Shown: positions 38,288-48,736, counted from the first letter of the stretch. The stretch is 64,000 nt of DNA from Candidatus Poribacteria bacterium (GCA_965198235.1 OZ240248.1:5024001-5088000), one strand, 5' to 3'. Translations and numbers: made by a program. Notes: generated by a model not told the origin, from the sequence alone.

Positions 38288-40736
38288 TTTTCCTCTTTTC
38301 CAACGGAACAAAAAACTGGAAGTTGCTCCCTCGTCCATTCTCTCCCGTGTCCACCCATAATCGCCCACCGTGTGCTTCGACTATCCCTGCGGCAATTGAG
38401 AGTCCTAAGCCCGTGCCGCTTTGTGGTTTTCGTGCTTGGACACTTCCGAGTTGTCGGAACTTATCAAAGACCTTTTCTCTATCTTCAGGGGGAATTCCTG
38501 GACCCGTATCAATGACTTCAACATGGAATCCATCGGTTGCGCTCCCATTTTGCAGAGATTTTGATATTCTTATTGTTACCTTCCCGTCATCTGGTGTGAA
38601 TTTAATTGCGTTTCCAATGAGGTTAATAAAAATTTGCCCAATCCGGTCTGCATCCCCAATCATTGGAGGTAGATTAGATTGTGCCTCAAAAAACAGAGAA
38701 ACAGCTTTCTCGTCTGCTTGTGGACGAAGTTCCTCGATTCGCCGTTTGGCTATCCTGCCTATTTGTACCTGCTCTTGCTTCATCTCAACACGTCCTGCTT
38801 CAATTCGAGAGATGTCGAGTAGGTCGTTAATAAGAGCGGCGAGCCGTTTCGACTGGCGATGGGCACGGCTTAAGCTTTCGTACTGTTTCTGATTAATTTT
38901 ACCAGTTTTCCCATCAAGTATTAACGAAATAAATCCGATGATGGATGTTAGTGGTGTTCGCAATTCATGCGATACAAGCGAGACGAACTCCGACTTCATT
39001 TTTTCTATTTCGTGTTCATTGGTGATGTCATCAAAGACATAAACGGTGCCAACGATGTTATTATGTTCATCGGAAAAATGGCTTGCTATGATGCGGAGGA
39101 CTCGAGAACGGTCGCTGTCCTGTTGATTACCATTGACATCCACTTCGACGACGAATGCGCGTGTGGCATTCGCAAAGACTGTTTGGTGTTGTGCCACTTC
39201 ACGCCGAGAGAAAGACAGTATTTTCATGTTAACAGTTCTCTTATCCGTTTTTGTGTCCCCTCCTTTTTCCAATGTTTTCGTCCAGCAGATTGTACTATTT
39301 GCTGTATCGACAGCGATAAAATTTTCGTAGTCAGTGGTATTCCCTAAATCCAGAAGACGTTCAGCTACAGGATTAACGTAGAGGACGCGTCCAGTGGGCT
39401 CCACAACAATCAAACCTTCGCCGAGATTGTCTACGATAGCTGTGAGTTTTTTCTCTTCTTGTGTTAATCGATCGACAGCATTTTTCAGGTTCCGACGCAT
39501 CTCATTGAATTCTTCGGCGAGAACACCGACCTCATTATCGCTGTCAACAGTGATTTCGCTGTCAAATTCACCCTGTCCAATGCTGCGCGCTGCTTGTGCG
39601 ACTTTCAATATAGGTGTCGCTATCCGCTGTGCAGCCCACCAAGCAATTAATATAACGATGCAACTGGACCCAATGGTAACGTAAAAAATATATTTGTTCA
39701 GTCTAACGACACCGGCGTAAGCCGATGAGATAGGACTTGAAGTAAAGACTATCCAGTTGCTAAAGTTTTGTTGAACCTTCCACGGCTCCATACTTGAGAG
39801 TGTTTTTGCTTGGGTGTTTCTCCGCGTTCGCGCCCAACCATAGACGCGAGGTTCATTGAAGGTATCCATCTCACCTTCCGATTCATAGTCGTAATACTTT
39901 CCATTAATGCCCTTTTTTCCTTCAATAATCGCCTCCTCTGCGGCATTGCTCATCTCTATGTAATTATCTATTTGATACCCGCTTTGGGGTGAAGCTGCAA
40001 TGACTTTGCCAGATGAACTCGTTAGAATCGTATATGTTTCCGCCAATTCCGGTAGCGATTGAACTAAACTGGTAAGTTCAGGTAAAAACAGAAATGTTCT
40101 TAGCACGCCGACCGTGTTATTTTTTCCCTGTGTAACGGAGCCTTTGGCAGCTGTACGTATTGGCAGTGCAATTGGAAGAAGATGCACACCTCGCAGTTTA
40201 TCATAGATGACATCTTCCACAAATGGATAACCTATGCCGTTATTATAGGCTCTTTTCCACCAATTCCTGTCCTGCACTCGATGTGGGAACATTTTAGTCG
40301 TGTCATAATCCAACTGTTGATTATTTGAACGGAGGACGTACCCGAAGGCATTTGTAATGGTTACTTCAGTTTTATAGCCTGCATAGGTCTCAAGCAGGCG
40401 AATACTGTCCTCCAATCGTGCCCATACGCTGAGAAATACACTCTGCTTCTCGTTAGCAGTGTTTGAGTACACAACTGCTGCTTGGATGTTTGGAAGTTCT
40501 GCTTGAATCTTTTCAATTTTTTCGGAGATAGCATTGTCCACTCGGGCGAGTTTTTCTTGCGCCAGGAGAACAAGATTCCCGCCAACAGACTCCTTTAGCG
40601 CGTTCTCGCCTAAAAATTTGATGGTTAAGGCAACGGCAAACAACGGCATCAGGGAAACAAACAAAAACAGGACTACCTGCTGACCGCGTAGACCCACTTT
40701 AAACTGGGAACGCTCCGGACGATTTTTATCTTTCAT
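38280..40736 (-). CDS. Membrane sensor histidine kinase (Cache-like/HAMP/PAS/HisKA/HATPase)
   Basis: Two TM helices, SHELRTPL, NLIGNAIKF, DTGPGI, GTGLGL. Confidence 0.93.
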   Translation of the reverse strand: MKDKNRPERSQFKVGLRGQQVVLFLFVSLMPLFAVALTIKFLGENALKESVGGNLVLLAQEKLARVDNAISEKIEKIQAELPNIQAAVVYSNTANEKQSVFLSVWARLEDSIRLLETYAGYKTEVTITNAFGYVLRSNNQQLDYDTTKMFPHRVQDRNWWKRAYNNGIGYPFVEDVIYDKLRGVHLLPIALPIRTAAKGSVTQGKNNTVGVLRTFLFLPELTSLVQSLPELAETYTILTSSSGKVIAASPQSGYQIDNYIEMSNAAEEAIIEGKKGINGKYYDYESEGEMDTFNEPRVYGWARTRRNTQAKTLSSMEPWKVQQNFSNWIVFTSSPISSAYAGVVRLNKYIFYVTIGSSCIVILIAWWAAQRIATPILKVAQAARSIGQGEFDSEITVDSDNEVGVLAEEFNEMRRNLKNAVDRLTQEEKKLTAIVDNLGEGLIVVEPTGRVLYVNPVAERLLDLGNTTDYENFIAVDTANSTICWTKTLEKGGDTKTDKRTVNMKILSFSRREVAQHQTVFANATRAFVVEVDVNGNQQDSDRSRVLRIIASHFSDEHNNIVGTVYVFDDITNEHEIEKMKSEFVSLVSHELRTPLTSIIGFISLILDGKTGKINQKQYESLSRAHRQSKRLAALINDLLDISRIEAGRVEMKQEQVQIGRIAKRRIEELRPQADEKAVSLFFEAQSNLPPMIGDADRIGQIFINLIGNAIKFTPDDGKVTIRISKSLQNGSATDGFHVEVIDTGPGIPPEDREKVFDKFRQLGSVQARKPQSGTGLGLSIAAGIVEAHGGRLWVDTGENGRGSNFQFFVPLEKRKNG

Positions 40737-40794
40737 TTTTTATAGTTTTCAGCTTTCAGTGACAAGAGATTATCGGTTAATCAAACCGCCTCTT

Positions 40795-40945
40795 TAACTG
40801 AGAACTGACAACTCTTAACACTGACAACTGATAACTGGTCACTGACGACTCTTAACACTGACCAGAGATCGTTGTGGTATTTACGAACGATTGCAACAAC
40901 CACACGATTAATTGACAACTGACCACTGTTAACTGAGAACTATTT
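40795..40945. repeat. Tandem short repeats (ACTGACA/ACTGAGA-type heptamers)
   Basis: aactgagaactgacaactcttaacactgacaactgataactgg...; ACTCTTAACACTGAC occurs twice. Confidence 0.65.
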
Positions 40946-40947
40946 TG

Positions 40948-41286
40948 CTATATGCAAGCAGCACACGCGCCTTCCTCGGTATCATAAATCTCGATGACGG
41001 TGCTGAGCTTCGTTACCTCCAAAACTTCCCTAACAGCTTTCTGAGGGCTGAGTAAAACTAACTTTCCACCCGATTGCTGACAGGACTTCAAAGTGACCAC
41101 AATTGCTCCTAATGCGCTGCTATCGATTAACGGAACGTTCATTAGATCAACCACTAATTTATCGCGCCCGGTTTGAAGTTGTTCGTTCATTTCCTTACGG
41201 AACGTGTCAGAGGCATTTCCAAGAATCTTTCCTTCCACATGAAGGATGGAGATATTTTGCTCCCCAATCGTTGTATCAAAATTCAT
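40948..41286 (-). CDS. STAS-domain anti-sigma factor antagonist
   Basis: IDSSALGAI motif; start at ATG 41286. Confidence 0.9.
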   Translation of the reverse strand: MNFDTTIGEQNISILHVEGKILGNASDTFRKEMNEQLQTGRDKLVVDLMNVPLIDSSALGAIVVTLKSCQQSGGKLVLLSPQKAVREVLEVTKLSTVIEIYDTEEGACAACI

Positions 41287-41431
41287 AGGTCTTTTCCTTA
41301 GTATTTCTATTTTGGGGGTTGTATTTTTCTTAGGGGAAACACCCAAGCAAAAACACCTCGCCCTAATCTGCTACAGCACAAGCCACCGTACGATGTGTTT
41401 CGTTTGTATAGTGCACAGCCTACGCAGGACA

Positions 41432-42118
41432 TTAACTTGTCCTCATTCGTAGGTTGCCGCGGTGTATCACAACATAATTTCGATTGAACTTCGGATTTTT
41501 TAAGACAGTTTCGACCATTCCACCGAGTGCCTCGAGGCACGCCGAACTATTGTTAATCTCGTTTTCGATAGTTTCATCGCCGGACTTATAAGCCACCCAC
41601 TTTCCTGTCGATTTCAGCAGAGGTATGCAGTACGTCGCCGAGTCTCGAATCGCTGCGACGTAACGGGTGAAAACCCAATCGTATGCTCCAATGTGTTTCT
41701 GCTGTTGCGCACAAACTTCCGCACGTTCCGCGAATATTTCAACGTCTATCCTTTGATGCCGATTCAATTGGGCGACTATAAATTTTAGGAAACTCACCTT
41801 CTTTTTCGATGATTCAATGAGTGTTAACCGGATATCAGGCATGTAGATTTTCAACACGATTCCCGGGAATCCGGCACCAGTCCCAATATCAATTACAGAA
41901 TCACCGCTTCTTAATGAGATATGTTCCAAGACGCTTAGCGAATCAAGAAAATGTTTATGAACGATCTCATCATTATCTGTGATCGCCGTGAGATTAATGT
42001 GTTCATTCCACCGCAGTAATTCAGTGCGATACAGATTGAATTGTGCTACCTGATGCTCAGTTAACGGAAACCCGTAATGATTGAACGTCTCTTTTAAGTC
42101 TTGCTCGTACCTCGCCAA
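41432..42118 (-). CDS. rsmG: 16S rRNA m7G527 methyltransferase
   Basis: NLTAI, HFLDS, DIGTGAGFPG, RAE motifs; follows mnmG. Confidence 0.93.
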   Translation of the reverse strand: MARYEQDLKETFNHYGFPLTEHQVAQFNLYRTELLRWNEHINLTAITDNDEIVHKHFLDSLSVLEHISLRSGDSVIDIGTGAGFPGIVLKIYMPDIRLTLIESSKKKVSFLKFIVAQLNRHQRIDVEIFAERAEVCAQQQKHIGAYDWVFTRYVAAIRDSATYCIPLLKSTGKWVAYKSGDETIENEINNSSACLEALGGMVETVLKNPKFNRNYVVIHRGNLRMRTS

Positions 42119-42133
42119 TTGCCATGCCTCATA

Positions 42134-44011
42134 TTATCTCGGATTCTGTTGATGAAGGATAACCGTCAAGATCGAGATGTCCGCTGGCGAAACACCAGGT
42201 AAGCGTGATGCTTGCCCGATAGAGGTGGGCCGGATCTTTGTAAGCTTCTCACGTGCTTCTGTCTTCAACCCCTGAACGTCGGCATAATCAAATGTGTCGG
42301 GGATTCGGAAATTTTCCAATTTCTTGAATTGATGAATCTGTCGCTGTTGTCGTTGGATATATCCGTCATATTTTATCTGAATTTCCACCTGTTCAGTCAC
42401 GGCTGGCGGCAGGGTTTCAGAGGGAGGCACGATCTTGGTTATCTGTTCGTAATGAAGTTCTGGGCGTTTCAGAAGTTCTGCCAAGGATGTAGGTTGCTTC
42501 AACGCGCCCGTTTCGAGGATATTCGCTAAATTATCCAGAGTCGTAGGAGTCGGTTTGAGAAGGGTTTCCTGTAAACGTCCCAATTCTGTTTCGATAGCCG
42601 CTGCTTTCTTTTGGAATGGGTGATATCTGTCATCATCAACGAGTCCGATCTGTCTGCCGATTTCGGTGAGTCGCAAATCTGCGTTGTCCTCTCGCAGCGC
42701 TAACCTGTATTCGGCACGCGATGTAAACATGCGGTAAGGTTCACGGATGTCCAGCGTAACCAAATCGTCGATAAGTACTGCTATGTAAGCTTGCGATCTG
42801 TCGAGGATAAGAGGGTTCTCACCTTTTACCTTTAAAGCAGCGTTGATTCCTGCCATAAGCCCTTGTGCGGCGGCTTCCTCGTAGCCTGTGGTCCCATTGA
42901 GTTGTCCCGCGAAATAGAGCCCTGGTACCTGCTTCGTCTCAAGCGTCGGCTGTAGTTGCGTCGCTGGTGCGAAATCATATTCTACGGCGTATCCGAAGCG
43001 CATGATTTCAGCATTCTCTAACCCTTTAATGCTATGTACCATCTCTACTTGTACATCTTCAGGTAGGCTCGCAGAAATACCGTTGAGATAGATTTCGTCC
43101 GTATCTCGTCCCTCAGGCTCCACGAAGACTTGATGCTCTGTCTTCTCTGCGAAGCGGACAACCTTATCCTCAATTGAAGGACAGTAACGGGGACCGATGC
43201 CGACGATACGACCGCTGTACATCGCAGATCGGTGAAGATTCTCATGGATTACCTTATGTGTTTGCTGATTCGTGTAAGTTAGGTAGCACGGGAGTTGGAG
43301 CTGTGTAATTCGTTCGGTTAAAAATGAGAAAGGGAGAGGATTTTCATCACCCGGCTGAATTTCCATTTCGCTGAAATCAACCGTCTGGGCGTTGACACGC
43401 GGAGGAGTGCCAGTTTTGAGCCTACCGATCTCAAACCCAAGACTTAAAAAACTTTCTGAGAGTTTCTCGGCGGAAGACTCACCTGCTCTACCTGCGCTAT
43501 ATGATACATCACCGATATGGATTATGCCTTTCAGGAAAGTGCCTGTCGTTAGAATCACAGTCTCTCCGAAGTAAGCGGTCTTTGTCTGGCTCAGAATTCC
43601 GATGCATCGACCATTTTCGACGAGCAGCTCCTCAACTAATACTTGTTTGATGTCGAGCCGTTCTTGTGCTTCAAGGACCCGTTTCATTTCATCTTGGTAC
43701 GCCTTTTTATCGGCTTGTGCGCGGTTTGATCGAACTGCGGGTCCTTTTTTAGTATTTAAACGTCGGAATTGGATCCCGGTCTTGTCAATATTTTTTGCCA
43801 TCTCACCGCCGAGCGCGTCTACCTCTTTAACGAGATGTCCTTTGGCGAGCCCTCCAATAGCAGGGTTGCAAGACATCTTCGCGATGGTGTCCAGATTGAT
43901 AGTGACGATGAGTGTTTCGCAGCCCATTCGTGCGGCGGCAAGTGCTGCTTCACAACCTGCGTGTCCTGCTCCGACTACGATAACGTCGTAATGTTTTTGA
44001 TAAGTGTTCAT
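42134..44011 (-). CDS. mnmG: tRNA uridine-5-carboxymethylaminomethyl synthesis enzyme
   Basis: VGAGHAGCEAA, SCNPAIGG, RLKTGTPPR, GPRYCPSIEDK, AGQLNGTTGYEEAAAQG motifs. Confidence 0.98.
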   Translation of the reverse strand: MNTYQKHYDVIVVGAGHAGCEAALAAARMGCETLIVTINLDTIAKMSCNPAIGGLAKGHLVKEVDALGGEMAKNIDKTGIQFRRLNTKKGPAVRSNRAQADKKAYQDEMKRVLEAQERLDIKQVLVEELLVENGRCIGILSQTKTAYFGETVILTTGTFLKGIIHIGDVSYSAGRAGESSAEKLSESFLSLGFEIGRLKTGTPPRVNAQTVDFSEMEIQPGDENPLPFSFLTERITQLQLPCYLTYTNQQTHKVIHENLHRSAMYSGRIVGIGPRYCPSIEDKVVRFAEKTEHQVFVEPEGRDTDEIYLNGISASLPEDVQVEMVHSIKGLENAEIMRFGYAVEYDFAPATQLQPTLETKQVPGLYFAGQLNGTTGYEEAAAQGLMAGINAALKVKGENPLILDRSQAYIAVLIDDLVTLDIREPYRMFTSRAEYRLALREDNADLRLTEIGRQIGLVDDDRYHPFQKKAAAIETELGRLQETLLKPTPTTLDNLANILETGALKQPTSLAELLKRPELHYEQITKIVPPSETLPPAVTEQVEIQIKYDGYIQRQQRQIHQFKKLENFRIPDTFDYADVQGLKTEAREKLTKIRPTSIGQASRLPGVSPADISILTVILHQQNPR

Positions 44012-44130
44012 TTCTTTTTTTAATTTATTGGCACCTGGGCGTTGTTCCCCTATGTTCCACAACGGTTCGCGGGTAATTCCAATCCGCTCTGGATTATGAA
44101 ATGTTTGATAAAGACTTCTACTTCGCCTAA

Positions 44131-44176
44131 CCCCGTTGAAGCAGATCGCTTATGGGCGAGTACGCCGCAAAATTGA
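44131..44176. repeat. 46-nt direct repeat, identical copy at 45918-45963
   Basis: CCCCGTTGAAGCAGATCGCTTATGGGCGAGTACGCCGCAAAATTGA. Confidence 0.85.
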
Positions 44177-44225
44177 CCAGAAACCTGCCCGAAACGTAGT
44201 AGAAGGCAGAGCGAGGACCAATTAC

Positions 44226-45194
44226 TTAAAAACCATCGTAAATAATGCTGATGACAAGCGTTGCAACGATTTCAAGGCTTTTTGGACTACATTTATCGAC
44301 CGTATCTTCTACTGTATGCCAATAGGGATAAGTGAAGTCGATAATGTTTACCATTGGGATACCGACTTCGATTAACGGGACGTGATCGTCCAAGATAGCG
44401 TCCCCTAAACGGGGTTGAAAAGGCATTAAACCGAGCGTTGCTGCGCGCTGCCAGATTGCCTCCGTGAACCCCCGATTTGCATTCCAAGAATAGCGTTCAA
44501 TCGGGAGTGCCAAATCCCTGTCTCCGATCATGTCTAACAGAATTCCATAATCCGGTTTCCATTTACCCAAATTTCGAGCGAAAAACCGAGAGCCGATAAA
44601 CATATTTTCAACTGACCTTCCATAATCCTCGCCGTCGAAAAGGATGATAACGACCCTGCGTAGCGGTGGGTGTTCCTTTAAGACTCTCGCAATTTCAAGA
44701 AGGACAGCAACACCGGAGGCACCATCGTTGGCACCGAGGATCGGTTTATCCCGATTTTCTGGCTTTGGGTCCCGGTCAGCGAAGGGACGGGTATCCCAAT
44801 GCGCTGCGAGCAGGAGCGTCTCGCCGCCAGTTAGCGGTCCAAACTCTGCCAAGATATTGTTTAGGTGAAGCGTTGCCGTTTTTGTTTTATACTGATGGGG
44901 TTGAAGAACTACGCTGTTTGCATATTTCTGAAGTTCCGTAAATAGAAAATTCTGCGTTTCGCTATGTGCCACCGAACCGGGCGGCCGCGGCCCGAATGCA
45001 CACTGCTTCTCCAACATATCAAAGGCTCGCTGTGCGTCAAAGGCAGCGTTCGCTTCGCGCGCGGTACTGACGCTATCGCGACTCAAGTTTCTTAATCCTA
45101 TATTTCGGTTGTCCGAATCTGGCTCCGCACATACAATACTAAATACGCCGCAAAGCAGACTGACTAAAAGTGCAACGAGCCATTGCTTTTCCAT
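44226..45194 (-). CDS. M28-family metallopeptidase / glutaminyl cyclase-like, secreted
   Basis: AHWDTR, GANDGASG, FDGED, DDH, YWHT motifs. Confidence 0.9.
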   Translation of the reverse strand: MEKQWLVALLVSLLCGVFSIVCAEPDSDNRNIGLRNLSRDSVSTAREANAAFDAQRAFDMLEKQCAFGPRPPGSVAHSETQNFLFTELQKYANSVVLQPHQYKTKTATLHLNNILAEFGPLTGGETLLLAAHWDTRPFADRDPKPENRDKPILGANDGASGVAVLLEIARVLKEHPPLRRVVIILFDGEDYGRSVENMFIGSRFFARNLGKWKPDYGILLDMIGDRDLALPIERYSWNANRGFTEAIWQRAATLGLMPFQPRLGDAILDDHVPLIEVGIPMVNIIDFTYPYWHTVEDTVDKCSPKSLEIVATLVISIIYDGF

Positions 45195-45809
45195 CTAAGC
45201 TTTCCGTCTGCCCTCAAGTGCTTTTGCGAGTGTTACCTCATCAATGTACTCTAAATCGCCTCCAACGGGAATACCGTAAGCAATTCGAGTGACAGCAACC
45301 TCAAAGGTTTCCAAGTGTTGTGTAAGGTAGAGTGCAGTTGCTTGTCCTTCTGTTGTCCAGTTTGTAGCAAGGATTACTTCTCGCACGGCTTCTCCGTCTA
45401 CAGTAGCGTCTCGAACTCGTTGAAAGAGGGTATTGATTCCGAGTTCGTCGGGACCGGTCCCGTCCAGCGGTGAAAGAACGCCGCCCAACACGTGGTAGAG
45501 CCCTTTATAACTGTTGGTTCTTTCAATTGCCCAAAGATCATCAGACTCTTCGACAACGCAAATTACCTGCCGATCGCGGCGCGGATTTGTACAGATATAG
45601 CACGGATTTGTGTCTGTAATAGTGCCACATATATCGCAGTAAGATAGGTGTTGTTTTACCTGCGCGATGGCTTCTGCAATTTGGGCAGTCTCAGTGTCAG
45701 GTAACTTTAGCATAAAAAACGCTAAGCGTTGCGCTGTCTTTTGACCGATCGTTGGCAGCTTTTGGAGCTCCGTAATGAGCTTCGCCAGCGGTTTCGGGTA
45801 TTCTTGCAT
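45195..45809 (-). CDS. recR: Recombination mediator RecR
   Basis: LPTIGQKTAQRL, C4 zinc finger, TOPRIM domain, LEYIDEVTL. Confidence 0.97.
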   Translation of the reverse strand: MQEYPKPLAKLITELQKLPTIGQKTAQRLAFFMLKLPDTETAQIAEAIAQVKQHLSYCDICGTITDTNPCYICTNPRRDRQVICVVEESDDLWAIERTNSYKGLYHVLGGVLSPLDGTGPDELGINTLFQRVRDATVDGEAVREVILATNWTTEGQATALYLTQHLETFEVAVTRIAYGIPVGGDLEYIDEVTLAKALEGRRKA

Positions 45810-46119
45810 AGATTTTTTGTGCTAATTAATTCCCACAGTGGGATGAAGTAGAGGCACCTGTGCCTTCTCCTTTTTCTACACAGATTGTTTCGCAGTGAGA
45901 ACCCTATGGGGTTCAGGCCCCGTTGAAGCAGATCGCTTATGGGCGAGTACGCCGCAAAATTGATCAGAAACCCTCGTGAAACGTATTTCTAACTATGGGT
46001 CTCTGAGCTGCCTTCCACTTCGTTTCAGGCAGGTTTTCGGTTAATTAACGGCTTGTACTTCACCGAAAACCATCGCGGAACGTAGTGGAGCGATGCGCGA
46101 GTGCCTATAGTTTAAAAAG

Positions 46120-46428
46120 CTACGGGAGCCCCGGAATTTTAATGCCACCGGTCAATTTGCTCATTTCTGCCGACATCATCTCTTGTGATTGTTGCAATGC
46201 TTCATTGACTGCCGCAACGACAAGGTCTTCGAGCATTTCTGTATCTTCCGGATCAACAACCTCCGGTGTGATGCGGAGTGATACGACTTCCTGTTGTCCA
46301 TTGACAACGGCGGTTACCATTCCACCTCCGACGGTTGCCTCAACGGTGCGATTTGCGAGTTCTTCTCGGATTTCAAGCATTCGCTTTTGCATTTGCTGCG
46401 CTTGTTTCATCAAATCGTTCATTTTCAT
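46120..46428 (-). CDS. ybaB: Nucleoid-associated protein YbaB/EbfC
   Basis: MKQAQQMQ, GGGMV, LEDLVVAAVN; dnaX-ybaB-recR synteny. Confidence 0.95.
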   Translation of the reverse strand: MKMNDLMKQAQQMQKRMLEIREELANRTVEATVGGGMVTAVVNGQQEVVSLRITPEVVDPEDTEMLEDLVVAAVNEALQQSQEMMSAEMSKLTGGIKIPGLP

Positions 46429-46590
46429 ATTTTTAATTTTCCTTGCGGTTCGATGAAGTGGATTAGAGGTTCACGGTCATCTCCGTAGAGCCGCCCTCCA
46501 TTTCATTTCAGGCTCGGTTTTTTGTCTGATAAAAGAAAAGACGTATTTGATAATCCTAACACCTCTTAACCGACTTTTGGAAAGGTGCGG

Positions 46591-48393
46591 TTATTGGGTC
46601 TCCACAACTTTAGCATCGAAAAGGTCGAGAGCGGTTTTAAGTTGTGGATCGTCTTGGGCTTCAATTTTACGCATAAGCGGTGTTTTTCGCTCTGTTTGTT
46701 CTGGTCCATCCTCGGATACTACCGATTCTGACACTGTATCTGAGGTAACTAATTCGATTTTCACGGGTTTGCCGACTTCCTGTGTTAGGACATCGGCTAT
46801 AATTTTTTTGTCCTCATCCGTTACTAAGAAAAGGAACGAGGATGAACATGGAATCTCAACCATATTTGTGCCATTTACTGTAGGGATAGCACCCTCCAGC
46901 AGTCCATGTCCGAGTTTCACAGGGAGTTTTGATTTTACCTCATCCCAAAATGAAGGGAGGTCTGCTAAGTCTCTGGGTCCATGTGAAACTGGCGAAGAGA
47001 TTGGCGCGTTAGCGTCCGGTGAAGAAGGCATCGGGATTTGCTCTCTGTGCGATGTACTCGATACCTCTTTTGCGGGATCAAATGGCGTTGCAGCAGATGT
47101 ATCTGGCTTTGTAGCGGAAGGCAAATCTGGCGATGTAACTTGTGGGTTTGGCTGATTTGTCAGCGGTGCGAATATGTTCTGCCGTGGTGGGAGTTGTGCC
47201 GTTGCAGACAGCCCCGCTGAATCGAATTTTTGCTCTAAGGTAGACAATTTGTTGATTATCTCCTCGAGAGGAATGCCTTCTTCAAGCGAGTTGAGTTGGA
47301 TAAGTGCTGTCTCTAATTGAAGTTGTGGATAACCATACTGTTTGATATCTTGATTGACGTGCATCAAAATTTTGATAATCCGTGATAACCTGCCTACCGA
47401 CATCTGTTCTGCCTTCTGCTTGAGTCTCGGAAGATCTGACTTGGGACTCTGAACCTGTTCACTGAGGCTGTTGTCGATTGCTAAAAGTCGTAGGTCTCGG
47501 AAGTACCCGATCAGTTGATCTAAGCACTGTGACAAATCTGTGCCTTGTTTCGTCAGGTTATTTAGTGTTTTCAGCCCTTTTGCAACATCTCTTTCCGTTA
47601 TCGCCTCCGTAAGTTCTTGGAGGAGAGAACTGGAACCGAGCCCGATGGTCTGTTCAACGGCTTCGATTGTTAAATTTTTGCCAGCAGAGGAAACGAGTCG
47701 TTCCAATAAGTTTTCTGCATCTCGTAAACATCCTTCGGATTGTCGGGTGATAAGCGTGAGTACGTCCAGATTCGCTGAAATATCTTCCTCTTCGACAATT
47801 AATTGCAAGCGTTCAATTATCTTTTCATCTTCAAGGTGTCGAAAATCGAAATCTTGACAGCGAGAACTGATTGTCTTCGGGATCTTGGCATGTTCAGTTG
47901 TTGCCATGATGAACATGACATGCGGAGGCGGCTCTTCAAGCGTTTTGAGTAAAGCGTTGAATGCCTCTGGTGAGAGCATGTGTGCTTCATCTATGATGTA
48001 AATTTTGTAGGTACAGGTAGCTGGTGAGAGTTTGACGTTTTCACGGAGGTCTCGGATCGTATCAATACCGCGGTTGGAGGCGGCGTCCATCTCGATCACG
48101 TCGAAGGATCTATCTTGCGAAATTTCGTTGCAAAATCCGCATTGATTGCAAGGCTCAGCGGTCTCGGTGGAGTCAAATTCGGTTTCTTGAATGCGATTGG
48201 GACAATTGACGGCTTTGGCGAGAATGCGCGCGACTGTGGTTTTACCGGTACCGCGCGGTCCCCAAAAAAGGTAGGCATGCCCGATACGTTCGGAGAGGAT
48301 CTGATTTTTTAGCGTCGTGGTAATGTGCTCCTGTCCGACAACGTCTCTGAAGTTTTGGGGACGCCATTTTTGGGCAAGAACCTCGTAAGACAT
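46591..48393 (-). CDS. dnaX: DNA polymerase III subunit gamma/tau
   Basis: KWRPQ, GPRGTGKT, DAASN, IIDEAHML, LLKTLEEPP motifs. Confidence 0.97.
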   Translation of the reverse strand: MSYEVLAQKWRPQNFRDVVGQEHITTTLKNQILSERIGHAYLFWGPRGTGKTTVARILAKAVNCPNRIQETEFDSTETAEPCNQCGFCNEISQDRSFDVIEMDAASNRGIDTIRDLRENVKLSPATCTYKIYIIDEAHMLSPEAFNALLKTLEEPPPHVMFIMATTEHAKIPKTISSRCQDFDFRHLEDEKIIERLQLIVEEEDISANLDVLTLITRQSEGCLRDAENLLERLVSSAGKNLTIEAVEQTIGLGSSSLLQELTEAITERDVAKGLKTLNNLTKQGTDLSQCLDQLIGYFRDLRLLAIDNSLSEQVQSPKSDLPRLKQKAEQMSVGRLSRIIKILMHVNQDIKQYGYPQLQLETALIQLNSLEEGIPLEEIINKLSTLEQKFDSAGLSATAQLPPRQNIFAPLTNQPNPQVTSPDLPSATKPDTSAATPFDPAKEVSSTSHREQIPMPSSPDANAPISSPVSHGPRDLADLPSFWDEVKSKLPVKLGHGLLEGAIPTVNGTNMVEIPCSSSFLFLVTDEDKKIIADVLTQEVGKPVKIELVTSDTVSESVVSEDGPEQTERKTPLMRKIEAQDDPQLKTALDLFDAKVVETQ

Positions 48394-48466
48394 CAGGCAA
48401 TCCTTTCTTGTATGACTTGAGTTTGGGAATGAGGTATGTCCACTCCAACGAATTCGCCCAAAAGAT

Positions 48467-48736
48467 GACTATGCACCCAGGGTTGACAAGCTCCTCCAGG
48501 CGTTGCCCGCGTCGTTAGTTCAGGTTAGGCACCCTTGCGTCACACGAGCAACTTATCTACCGCTGCTTCCTTCCGGACCTGACGGGGTTCAACAAGCGCC
48601 CGTTGCTCAAGACCCAACCATCAACACCACGTGCGCGGGACAGTCCCCACAGAAACGGGCCGCATACTGGGGATTCAGTCCTGCTTTAGCGGATTGCAGG
48701 ATACAGGGCACCGCTACCTCCCCACCTAGCATAGCC
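48467..48736 (-). ncRNA. ffs: Large bacterial SRP RNA (Alu-domain type)
   Basis: 5' GCTAGGTGGGGAGGTAGCGGTGCCCTGT like Bacillus scRNA; conserved CAGGTCCGGAAGGAAGCAGC; 5' and 3' ends pair; upstream of dnaX. Confidence 0.92.

Noticed and set aside
40795-40945. Possible CRISPR array
   Set aside because: Degenerate heptamer repeats with no constant repeat plus unique spacer structure, and no cas genes.
46591-48393. Programmed -1 frameshift in dnaX
   Set aside because: No clear A-AAA-AAG slippery site with a downstream hairpin was seen in the expected region.
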